Shown here piece after piece: positions 1 through 9,500 of a DNA stretch of 64,000 nucleotides (its first letter is position 1; every line of letters begins with the position of its first letter). The DNA is taken from assembly GCA_964607415.1 (NCBI GenBank), contig CAZSKK010000002.1, positions 352,585 to 416,584 of the forward strand, read 5' to 3'. Under the pieces are notes generated by a model. That model had not been told where the DNA came from. It saw only the letters and a program-made list of their open reading frames with translations, and did not search any database. A program made the position numbers and the translations under genes. This DNA is from an uncultured Candidatus Saccharibacteria bacterium (GTDB lineage Bacteria; Patescibacteriota; Dojkabacteria; J137).

Positions 1-1
1 C

Positions 2-268
2 GTTTTTGTTATTGTTTCAAACGACGAAAATAAAGCTGATATGATGTCAAGCGCTGCTGAAGTAAAATCCCGAGGAGCTTACGTTGTTGGAATTTGTAAA
101 GAAAAAAATGAGTTGTTTGATTATTCAATTGTGACACCAGACTTAGGGATAACTGATCCAATTATTAATGTTATTCCTTTTCAACTAATTTCCTACTTTC
201 TGGCATTAGAACTTGGTAATAGTCCAGATAAACCGAGAAACTTGGCAAAGAGCGTTACGGTCAAGTAG
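2..268 (+). CDS. glmS: Glucosamine-fructose-6-phosphate aminotransferase, 3' end (5'-truncated by window)
   Basis: C-terminal signature PDKPRNLAKSVTV; frame open from window start. Confidence 0.92.
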   Translation, partial: VFVIVSNDENKADMMSSAAEVKSRGAYVVGICKEKNELFDYSIVTPDLGITDPIINVIPFQLISYFLALELGNSPDKPRNLAKSVTVK

Positions 269-269
269 C

Positions 270-409
270 TTTACAGGAAATAGGTTTAAGAATAGAATGG
301 AAGATAAGCGTTTAAAGGTTGAAACGTTAAAAAGTATTAACGTTGAAACTTTATAACTTTGTAACTAATCTATCACTATTCATGAATCTTAAATCTTAAT
401 TCTTAAATT
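270..409. repeat. Nested degenerate 7-mer/8-mer inverted repeat module
   Basis: Outer TTAAGAA-type units vs ATGAATC/TTAAATC/TTAATTC; inner GTTGAAAC/GTTAAAAA vs TTTATAAC/TTTGTAAC. Confidence 0.65.
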
Positions 410-1096
410 ATGAAAACTGTACTAATTTCTGGAGCTAGTGAAGGACTTGGAAAGGCAATTGCAGAAGTATTGAGCACGGACCCAAATTATAAAGTAATTA
501 TTTTTTCAACTGATGGAGCGAAAATTGAGCAGACAGGCAAGGAGTTAAATTGTGATTATTATATTTGTGACGTAACTAATTACGAAAACCTTGAGATAAT
601 GGTTGGTGAAATTATTGCAAAATATCAAAAAATTGATGTGGCTGTAAATAATGCAGGGGTTTGGATTGAAGGAAAACTTGAAATGAACAGTCCGGAAAAA
701 ATTAAATCTGTGATTAATGTAAATACTCTTGGAGTTATTTATTTAACAAAAATAGTCTTACCTCTGATGAAAAAGAATTCTAGCGGACAGATTATTAATA
801 TAATTTCTCAAGCTGGTCTGCATTCAAAGGCAGAAAGATCTGTGTATAGCGCTTCAAAGTGGGCAATCTCAGGATTTACAAAATCATTACAAGATGAGTT
901 GATAGGTACTGGTGTTAGAGTTTCAGGAGTTTATCCAAGTCTTATCAATACTGGACTTTTTCAAAAAACAGGAACTACGAAAGATATGGCCAATGCACTT
1001 GAACCGGCAGATGTTGCAAAATCTATAAAATTTATAATAGAGCAACCGGAAAATACTTACATTCCAGATTTGGGAATTAAAAATACTTCATACTAA
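410..1096 (+). CDS. Short-chain dehydrogenase/reductase
   Basis: SGASEGLG, NNAG and YSASK motifs. Confidence 0.93.
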   Translation: MKTVLISGASEGLGKAIAEVLSTDPNYKVIIFSTDGAKIEQTGKELNCDYYICDVTNYENLEIMVGEIIAKYQKIDVAVNNAGVWIEGKLEMNSPEKIKSVINVNTLGVIYLTKIVLPLMKKNSSGQIINIISQAGLHSKAERSVYSASKWAISGFTKSLQDELIGTGVRVSGVYPSLINTGLFQKTGTTKDMANALEPADVAKSIKFIIEQPENTYIPDLGIKNTSY

Positions 1097-1099
1097 AAA

Positions 1100-1777
1100 A
1101 TGACAGATAGACTTGAAATTGCCAAAAGTCATACTCATAAAAAACTAATTGCCCAAAGAAGAAGGAGTAAATTTAAAGACTCTCTCGAGCGATATTTTAC
1201 GCAGCATAATATAATTACAATTTTGAGCATTTTTTTTACATTGCTGTTGTTTTCGCCGCTTGCTGTGTTTATTATTGTTAATAAAGTTAACTACTCAAAC
1301 TTTACCTACAATAGCATTGACGAAGTAAAATCTAGTGAAGATACAATTCTGATTTTCGCAACAGATTTTGACAGAAATATTGATTCTTTTCCTTCAGATA
1401 TAATAATAAAGAATCTATCACAGGTCTTAAAAAAGACCGAGTCAAACAATATAGTTGTTATCGTTCAAAATACTAGTGATTCACAAAGCATATTGACTCT
1501 TTTAAGTAAATACAAAATCCCTTCTGAAGAAATTAAGTTTAAAAAATTCAGTTCAGTTGTAGAAGCATGCAAAGACCTAAAAAAAGATCCAACCATAGAT
1601 TCTATGCTTTTTCTTTCAACAATAAATATTTCAGACAGGGTATTTTACGCATGTAAGAATCAAGGAATATTAGTTTATGCATTTTTGCCTAAAAGTTCCG
1701 ATACATATGTTGGAAATATCTTAGATAGAATTTCTAGAACATATTTTGATTTTTTAGAGTTGAATGTTGGAATTTAG
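1100..1777 (+). CDS. Membrane-anchored protein, degenerate SanA/YdcF (DUF218)-like
   Basis: One TM helix followed by YNSIDEV..TILIF, resembling the SanA N-terminus; the rest is divergent. Confidence 0.4.
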   Translation: MTDRLEIAKSHTHKKLIAQRRRSKFKDSLERYFTQHNIITILSIFFTLLLFSPLAVFIIVNKVNYSNFTYNSIDEVKSSEDTILIFATDFDRNIDSFPSDIIIKNLSQVLKKTESNNIVVIVQNTSDSQSILTLLSKYKIPSEEIKFKKFSSVVEACKDLKKDPTIDSMLFLSTINISDRVFYACKNQGILVYAFLPKSSDTYVGNILDRISRTYFDFLELNVGI

Positions 1778-1804
1778 CGCTCAGATCCGATAGAATGAGG
1801 TAAC

Positions 1805-1867
1805 AACCCCTCCGGCCTAAAGGCCACCTCCCCTTTAATCAAAGGGGAGGTCCGAAGGGGAGGGGTT
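1805..1867. repeat. GC-rich multi-hairpin REP/MITE-like element, copy 1
   Basis: Terminal IR AACCCCTCC/GGAGGGGTT; inner GGCCT-AA-AGGCC and ACCTCCCCTTT-AATC-AAAGGGGAGGT. Confidence 0.85.
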
Positions 1868-1889
1868 TTTTATTCTTTAACTTAAAGCC

Positions 1890-3032
1890 ATGACTTTCAG
1901 ATCAAAAGTACTTCTGCTTCTAATTATTCTAGGTGTTTTGGGTGCTTTTTTACTTGCATTTGTTCTTCTTTCAACAATTCCAAAAAATAATGATTCAAAC
2001 GGCGATCAAACAATTGGTGAAGAGGATACGGACACACCTGTTTCGAATCCAGTTAGTTTTCCTGTTGGTAATGAAAACAACAAAGAAAGTTTTAAGTATG
2101 CTTTTGTAAATTCAAAGGGAAGCATTGCACTTTTAGACTCATCAGCAGAAGAGATAACAATAAACATCGAAGATAAACAGTGGAAAGATATTTCGTGGAA
2201 TCCTACGGGAGATTTGATATCGGTACTAGGGCAAACTTCGGAAAATACCTATAACTTATTCATATATAGTTTAAGTTCCAAAGAATGGGGCCAAATAACA
2301 AACTTTACTAAAGAACAACTGGGGGTTGATGGATATGTTTGGAAGGACGAATCAACTATAGTTTTTATGCAAGGTGTTGTTCCTGAAAGATGGTTACACA
2401 GTGTAGATGCAAAAAATAAAGGTCAAATTGTTAAATTAAATAAAGTAGATGGCGATCTTATCCGAGATAATTCAAATTCCACAAGACTTGTTTTCAAAAA
2501 AAACTTTACGAACTTAATAAGTGTTTATTTTATTACAACAATTAACGGAGAATTTATCTATAGATTTGATCAGATAGCGAATCAGGATTCTAAACTTATA
2601 AATGTGCAAGATGCTTTATTTAGTGGAGATGGCGAAAAGCTATTGCTAAAAGCTTCGATTGGTTCGGATGTTAATTTGTATAAAGCATTTTTTGGTAGTA
2701 GAGAAGCATTTGTTTTGCAGCAAGAACAAAAAGATATCAATTTATTGTGTAATGTTACAGGTGATATTTATCTGGGGTATAAGCTCTCAAAACTTAAATT
2801 TGAACTTTTTGGAATTAATGCCTCAAAAGACACTGTTACTCAAACATCAGTATTAAATATCACTGAAAATGATAAAATTACGCATGTAAGTTGTTTCGAT
2901 AGCAACAATGTACTTTTAAAGCTTGAAAGTAAAGATTCTGCAAAATGGTTTGCTTTAGATGATAACAGGCAGTTCATTGAGTTTGAATCTTTAAAGGAAA
3001 ACAAAGAAGTAGCAGTGAATCCAGGTAGATAG
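1890..3032 (+). CDS. Membrane-anchored TolB/WD40-like beta-propeller protein
   Basis: N-terminal TM; ISWNPTGD and LFSGDGEK blade motifs. Confidence 0.6.
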   Translation: MTFRSKVLLLLIILGVLGAFLLAFVLLSTIPKNNDSNGDQTIGEEDTDTPVSNPVSFPVGNENNKESFKYAFVNSKGSIALLDSSAEEITINIEDKQWKDISWNPTGDLISVLGQTSENTYNLFIYSLSSKEWGQITNFTKEQLGVDGYVWKDESTIVFMQGVVPERWLHSVDAKNKGQIVKLNKVDGDLIRDNSNSTRLVFKKNFTNLISVYFITTINGEFIYRFDQIANQDSKLINVQDALFSGDGEKLLLKASIGSDVNLYKAFFGSREAFVLQQEQKDINLLCNVTGDIYLGYKLSKLKFELFGINASKDTVTQTSVLNITENDKITHVSCFDSNNVLLKLESKDSAKWFALDDNRQFIEFESLKENKEVAVNPGR

Positions 3033-3172
3033 ATTCAAGAATTAAGATAAGTTAATTGGTTGATGGGTTTTCAGTTAATTAGTAATTTAGTTTTTGACTA
3101 ATTGACAAATTCGAGAACCTGAAAACACGAAAACATATGATTCCAAAACTTATTACACATTACTCATAACAC
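3031..3172. repeat. Composite degenerate short-repeat module
   Basis: GATTCAA-GAATTAA; GTTAATTG/GTTAATTA vs GACTAATT/GACAAATT; GTTTTCAG vs CTGAAAAC; TTACACA-TTACTCA-TAACAC. Confidence 0.6.
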
Positions 3173-3538
3173 ATGATCAAATCAAGCGAAGAAATGCTAA
3201 ATACAACAAACCAGATTCTATCTGAAGAAGGAGTTGATTCTAAAGATATGAATAATCCCAACGAAGCTTTAAAGAGCTTCATTTTACCAGGACTTAATAG
3301 CTCAAAAGACACGCTGTCCTCAATTTATTACAAATCGAGAATCAGAGGAGGGTTTGTAGGAAAGTTAAAAACAAAAATTCAAAGTATAATTATAAATACG
3401 GTGATTAATGTTGTTGAAAGACAAAGTATGAAACAGCAAAAGTTTAATGGGCTTGTTTATAAGGCAGTTGAGACGCTTGAAAAAGAGAATAAAGAATTAA
3501 GAATGATGATTGAAGAATTGAGGAGCACGAAAGGTTAA
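3173..3538 (+). CDS. Hypothetical coiled-coil protein
   Basis: ORF with QQKFN motif then heptad-like ETLEKENKELRMMIEEL; lies just upstream of a glycosyltransferase. Confidence 0.6.
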   Translation: MIKSSEEMLNTTNQILSEEGVDSKDMNNPNEALKSFILPGLNSSKDTLSSIYYKSRIRGGFVGKLKTKIQSIIINTVINVVERQSMKQQKFNGLVYKAVETLEKENKELRMMIEELRSTKG

Positions 3539-3610
3539 TTCGTTAATAGGTATGCAGTTGATTAGTGTGCACCAATTAACTTATTTACTAGTTAACTAAT
3601 TAACGATTTA
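3534..3610. repeat. Inverted degenerate octamer array
   Basis: GTTAATTC GTTAATAG GTATGCA GTTGATTA followed by ACCAATTA ACTTATTT ACTAGTTA ACTAATTA ACGATTTA. Confidence 0.75.
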
Positions 3611-3638
3611 TCACAATTATAAACTTCAGACTAAAATA

Positions 3639-5951
3639 ATGAAATCTCAAACCTCAAACAATCGTCCAACTTCAAACTTAGAACGCTTGCCCGCCAAAGT
3701 TCTAACGAAGGCAGATCGAACGATTAAGATCGTTGGTCCGTATTTCACAAACTACAGCCTGGCTAAAGTAAATAGAGGAATTGCTTTAGGGATTAATTCA
3801 CTCCAATCAAAATATAAAACATTTCTTTACTGTTCTGCTGATAGAGTTGATTACATGCCCACTAAAGATGAAGTTGAAACTAAAAAGACTGAGATTAAAG
3901 ACATTGTTTTATTTGAAGATGAAAAAACAGATTTTGCAATATACAATAATTTCCCAAAATCTTTATCTGAAAGCCATGGCCTTAAAGACTTAAATGCCAA
4001 TTCTGTGGCTGCTTATGTTGCATGGGAAGAGTCGATTTATCCTGAAAATTGGGTTAATGAAATAAATGAAAATGCACATTTTGTATTAACAATCAGTAAA
4101 TTTGTTAAAGATATTTTAAAAAAATCAGGTGTAAAATTGCCAATTTTTGCTGCTAATATTGCGCTTGATGACATTCAGCTAAAAAAAACTGATAAAGTTT
4201 ATAATTTAAATACAAATAAAAAAGTTAAGTTTTTGCATATAAGTACAGCAAAGAAAAGAAAAGGAGTTGATGTTTTAATAAAAGCTTACTTTGAAGAATT
4301 TGCAAACACTGATGACGTTGTTTTAATCTTAAAAACTTCCCCAGGGCCAGATAATAACGTAAATGAGCTAATTGAACAATTTAAAAAAGAAAATTCTCCA
4401 GAAGTTTTAATAATTAATAACTCAAACCTTACGGAAGAGGAAATGTCCAGCCTTCACAACACTTGCGATTTAGAAATTTACCCATCAAGAGCTGAAGGTT
4501 TTGGCTTACCAATTTTGGAAGCTATGTATCACGGAAAACCTGTTATTGTTACAAACTATAGTGGCCAAACTGATTTTATAAATTCGGATAATGCAATTCT
4601 GCTAGATTATGAAATGGAGTATGCAAAGGATTCTGAACTTGGAATAATTGGATCGCGCTGGGCTGAGCCGGATGTGGAGGAGCTAATGCGATTGATGAGA
4701 GATGCATATAACGGCATAGGTCATACGCCATATGCTCAAGCATTAAGTACTATCGCTTCAAATGCCCAATCAACTGCACAATATTTCACCTGGGAAAATT
4801 CTGCCAAACGAGTTATTTCAATTTTGGATAAAACTGGCAATATCAATCCTCTAAAAAGCAAATCGATTGCTATGATAACTCCAATAAATACTCAGGATGG
4901 AATTGCTGTTTATACAAAAAATCTTTGCGAAAGAATGGAATCAAATTTCAAAAAGTTTTATTACCTTGCAAATAAGGATATAGCCGATAAAGTTTTTACT
5001 GATAACGAAAATGTAGAAAGAACCTGGGAAATGGGAGAAACCACTTTTTCAGAAACTTTAGACTTTATAAAAGAAAACAATATCGATATTGTGCATATTC
5101 AATACCATTCGTCATCATATTATGCTCCTGAAAATTTAAGCGAACTTATTAAAAAGCTAACAGATTTAAATAAAGAAGTTTTTGTAACTTTACATTCAGT
5201 AATTGGCCAAGGTTTTGACCATATTAAGGCAATAAAGAATTTGCGAATGTGCAAATGTGTGATTATCCATAACAGAAAAGATTATGAGTACGCAAAAGAA
5301 AATCTTGAAAATGTAATTTTAAGTCCTTTGGGTATTATTGAGTTTTCAAATAGAGATGGAAAGAAGCTAAAACAGAAGTTCGGGATGGAAAATTTTAAAC
5401 CTATAATTGCAACACATGGCCTTATAAATAAAAACAAAGGCATTCCAAATGTAATTGAAGCAATATCAATCTTAAAAAAAGATTATCCTGATATTTTGTT
5501 CTTAAGTATAAATGCACTTTCAAGTAATAATGCTTTTGCAACAAGTATATTTGAAGAATGTAAGCAAAAGGTTAAAGATTTAGGCTTGGAAGACAATGTA
5601 ATTTTCATTCCAGAATTTATTTCTAACGAGCAGCTGGAAATTCTTGTTCAATTAAGTGACTTTAATGTCCTTGCATATGAAGATGCAGGTGAATCTGCAA
5701 GCGATGCCGTAAGAAAGTTTTTAGCAAGTAAAAAACCAACTGTTGTTACAGATATTCCAATGTTTAATGAGTTTAGTAATGAAGTACTTAAAATTGCAAA
5801 CAATCTGCCTGATACAATTGCAGAGGGTTTAAAAAAAGTTATTGAAAATACTAATCTTCAAAAGTCTTTACTCCAAAATGCTAAGGAATATATTGATAAA
5901 CATAACTTTGATAGCAAGGCACTGGAGCATTTGGGTTGGTATGTCAAATGA
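3639..5951 (+). CDS. Two-domain GT4 glycosyltransferase
   Basis: RKGVDVL and EGFGLPILEAM; second GT-B unit with NKGIPNVIEA and ESASDAV. Confidence 0.9.
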   Translation: MKSQTSNNRPTSNLERLPAKVLTKADRTIKIVGPYFTNYSLAKVNRGIALGINSLQSKYKTFLYCSADRVDYMPTKDEVETKKTEIKDIVLFEDEKTDFAIYNNFPKSLSESHGLKDLNANSVAAYVAWEESIYPENWVNEINENAHFVLTISKFVKDILKKSGVKLPIFAANIALDDIQLKKTDKVYNLNTNKKVKFLHISTAKKRKGVDVLIKAYFEEFANTDDVVLILKTSPGPDNNVNELIEQFKKENSPEVLIINNSNLTEEEMSSLHNTCDLEIYPSRAEGFGLPILEAMYHGKPVIVTNYSGQTDFINSDNAILLDYEMEYAKDSELGIIGSRWAEPDVEELMRLMRDAYNGIGHTPYAQALSTIASNAQSTAQYFTWENSAKRVISILDKTGNINPLKSKSIAMITPINTQDGIAVYTKNLCERMESNFKKFYYLANKDIADKVFTDNENVERTWEMGETTFSETLDFIKENNIDIVHIQYHSSSYYAPENLSELIKKLTDLNKEVFVTLHSVIGQGFDHIKAIKNLRMCKCVIIHNRKDYEYAKENLENVILSPLGIIEFSNRDGKKLKQKFGMENFKPIIATHGLINKNKGIPNVIEAISILKKDYPDILFLSINALSSNNAFATSIFEECKQKVKDLGLEDNVIFIPEFISNEQLEILVQLSDFNVLAYEDAGESASDAVRKFLASKKPTVVTDIPMFNEFSNEVLKIANNLPDTIAEGLKKVIENTNLQKSLLQNAKEYIDKHNFDSKALEHLGWYVK

Positions 5952-6417
5952 GTTTGAAGGGTTACGGGTTTGCGAGTTATCCTGTTAGTATTATGAAGCC
6001 GAACTTCTAAGATACGAAATTAGTTTGCCAATTCTATTAGAAAGTTGTTCAACTTCAGCGATTAATTCAGGATTATCAATGTATTTGAGTTCTTTTGCTA
6101 AAATTATTTGAGAGTGCACCTCAGCTAAAGATCCTTTTGATATCTTTAAGAACCGAATAAATTCTTTATTATTATTTCTGTCAAAGCCTTCAGCAATATT
6201 CGAGCTCACGGAAACTACTGCCCTTCGTATTTGATCTTTAAAGGCATAATCTTTTGCAAACGTACCTTCGTTTGTTAGGCCGTAAATATCTGTTGCTAAT
6301 TTGATCGATAATTTCCAAACCTCAATATCTCGAAAACTTTTAAAAGTCATAGAAGTTCATTTTAAATCTAATAAAATGCGATTAACTCGCTAACTCGCAA
6401 CACTTTAACACCCTAAC
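5952..6417. repeat. Inverted octamer arrays flanking four-helix-bundle gene 1
   Basis: Left arm 5952-5991 has five GTT-type octamers; right arm 6379-6417 has complementary ..TAAC units; exact IR TTGCGAGTTA (5970-5979) / TAACTCGCAA (6391-6400). Confidence 0.8.
5991..6350 (-). CDS. Four helix bundle protein (TIGR02436 / 23S-IVS protein, Avd-like)
   Basis: FRDIEVW, DQIRRAVVSVSSNIAEG, FIRFLKISKGSLAE. Confidence 0.93.
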   Translation of the reverse strand: MTFKSFRDIEVWKLSIKLATDIYGLTNEGTFAKDYAFKDQIRRAVVSVSSNIAEGFDRNNNKEFIRFLKISKGSLAEVHSQIILAKELKYIDNPELIAEVEQLSNRIGKLISYLRSSAS

Positions 6418-6540
6418 ATAAAAATCTCATTGTACTGCAATACAAATTTTCACAAAACATTTAAACATGCTAGTAGAGTAAGGCACGTTTGCCAAAATCT
6501 CCATTTTACTGTTTAATAGTATATACATCCTAAAAACCGT

Positions 6541-9500
6541 ATGAAAAAAATAACTATTTTTTTTGCAGTTGTAATAGCACTTGGAGTATATTTTTTTGTC
6601 GAGCAAAATTATTTGAAAATTTTTGTTCATGCACAAGAGCCAACTTCTTTTCCTCAAACGCCACTAAGCTTTCCAAAAGCACTTGATTTGCAAAGAATTT
6701 ACAAATATTCGGAGCCTGTTTATGGATTTTATCTTGAAGGGGATATTGTCGGAGAGCTAGATAAAATTTCAGCTGAAATTAAGCTTTTAAATGGGCAGGT
6801 TAAACTTATCTCTAATTTCAAGCTTTCTGATCTTGATATAGATTCAAGGCTTACAGCAAATACTTTTTACGCTACAACACAACTTTCAACTTTTCCAGAA
6901 AAGATTACTGAGATCAATCTGATTTACGGTGGGGATGAAGACATTCAAGTAAAAACAGTAGATAGTGATATAGGGAATAATTTTATTGAAACTTCAGCAT
7001 TATCGGAACGTGCTTTAAGGCAAAAAACTTTCTTTCAAAATATGGGTTTAAATTTAATTACTCGAGAAGAATGGGGAGGGCCTGAAACAACAAATTGGTA
7101 TCCACAATATCAAAGTATTATAAATCAAATTGTAGTTCACCATACTGCAACAAGTGTAGATAATAATGATCCTGCAAATGCAGTAAGAGCAATATATAAC
7201 TACCATTTTTATAGATGTAATGACAATAATGGCAGCTGGAATCCATCAGATCCAAATGCAAGGGAAAATTGTAATGAATTGGCAGAGGTTTGGGAGGATA
7301 TAGGTTATAACTACGTAATTGATCAGTATGGAAATATTTATGAAGGCAGATGGGGAGGAAATGGTGTAATGGGTGCACACTCTTGGCCAAATAATAACAC
7401 TATTGGAATTGCTATAATTGGTGATTATACAAATTCAATGCCTTCAAACGCTACGCTTGAATCTTTAAGTAACTTGGTAGGAAAGCTAGCTAAATTGAAT
7501 AATTTAAATATTGAACCGGGAACAAGTTTGGTAGGTCATAGACACAGGAATTACGATACAATTTGCCCAGGAGATCCGATGTTAAATTATCTTTCAACAC
7601 TTGCGCAAAAATCAAACCAATATAAAGATTCATTCACAATATTGAATAACTCAATCCAGAAAGTTAATGATTTACTGGTTAATAGATCAAGCGATTTTAT
7701 AAATCCAAGAGATGGTTATGTGCAGGTGTTAATTAGAGATAATACTCTGGACAGTTCAACAAGAACATTCCTACTAAGTAATACACCAACTATTGAGAAT
7801 GTTTCATCTTCTAGAGGAAAAACGGTGTTTAGTATCAGTGAAAATTTTTTACGTAAATTTATTTCTGAGACATTATTATTCTCACCTAATGCTGTAGTCC
7901 AGCCTAACTTTATTTACAAAACTTCTAGTTGGGATAATACGAGTCCAACCAGAGCTGTCCCTTCTGATTTCAATACTTCCACTCATTGGTACTTGGAAAA
8001 AACAAGAACACCAGAGGCTTGGAAAGAGCTTGGAGGTTGTGTATCAAATGCTCTTTGTGGAGGAGATCCAAGTGTAGTTGTTGCAGTTTTAGATACAGGA
8101 ATTGCATATGAGAATTTTAACTATGATGCTGGAGGTTCGTACATCTTAGGAGAATTTAATGGACTTAATATTGAAGTCCCTACAACTGGCACAAATGCTA
8201 CATATAATGAGGGCTATGACAGACAGTACCAGCAGGTTCCTGAATTATCAAACACAAATTTCACAGTAGCTTCGTATGATGCAAGTCAGGACTTTTTATG
8301 TATGATGCGTGAAGGTAGTGCTAACCCATGTAATGCTCAAGAAATTGCAAAGATTGATCATGCAAACGACGATCAAGGGCACGGAACCTTTGTTGCAGGA
8401 GTAATTGCTGCAAATACAAGTGATAGCGCACCAAACCAAGTTGTGGGAATTGCACATAATGTAACAATAATGCCTGTTAAAGTATTTTTTCCAAACGATT
8501 CATCAATGTGTTATGACGGACTTGGAAATAACGATCCCTCATGTTTACCTCAAAATGCTCCATTCAGTTTAAGGTCAGTTGGTAGTACAGTAATGATTGC
8601 TTGGGGAATTGATTACGCTGTATCAAATGGAGCAGATGTGATTAATATGAGCTTAAGTGGAAGTGGATCAGATCCGTTGGTTCAAGATTCAATTGATGCT
8701 GCAGTTGCACAAGGAGTGGTAGTTGTGGTTGCAGCTGGAAATAATAATGCAAATGTAGCAAATTATTTTCCAGGAAATATGAATAATGTGATAACGGTTG
8801 GAGCTGTAAATGCTGATAATACAAGATCAAACTATTCTAATTTTGGATCACAATTAGATTTAGTAGCACCTGTTGGGCAATCAAGCCCTGGAGTTGTGGG
8901 ACAGTCATATTCATGTTCAGTTACAGATACTTGTTTTGATGAAACAAATCCAAATTTATTTACTGCATTTGGATCAAGCTCATCGCCGGCTCAAAGGTTT
9001 GGAACAAGCTTTGCAACACCTCAGGTGAGCGCAGCAGCGGCGCTTTTAAAAAGTAAAAAAACTTCAGCCAGTGCCTCTGAGGTAGAAAGTTTATTAAAGC
9101 AAACAGCAGAAGATGTCGGACCAGTTGGGTTTGATAATGAGACTGGAAATGGAATATTAAATGTTGACTTTGCTTTAAAATCTTTATGGAATCCTTGGGT
9201 AAGCTCAGAACAGCAAACTTTGATGGATGTTGCTATGGAGGAATATAATGGAAGATTATATCAGGCAGTACGAGGAGTAGATAGTAGGATTTATATTAGA
9301 TCGACAGATGGAAATATTTGGACTAACTGGCAAGAATTTGGTGGAAGCACTCCTGGAAATATTTCGATGATAACTTACGACGGGTTACTTTTCCAATCTG
9401 TACGTGGCGAGTCTTCAAGAATCTTTACAAGAACATTTAACGGATCAAGCTGGTCAGCATGGCAAGAATTGGGAGGATTGACTCCAGGTGATATTGAAAT

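Noticed and set aside
4723-4737. Right arm of a small imperfect palindrome inside the double GT4 (AYNGIGHTPYA)
   Set aside because: Too short to distinguish from chance without ortholog alignment
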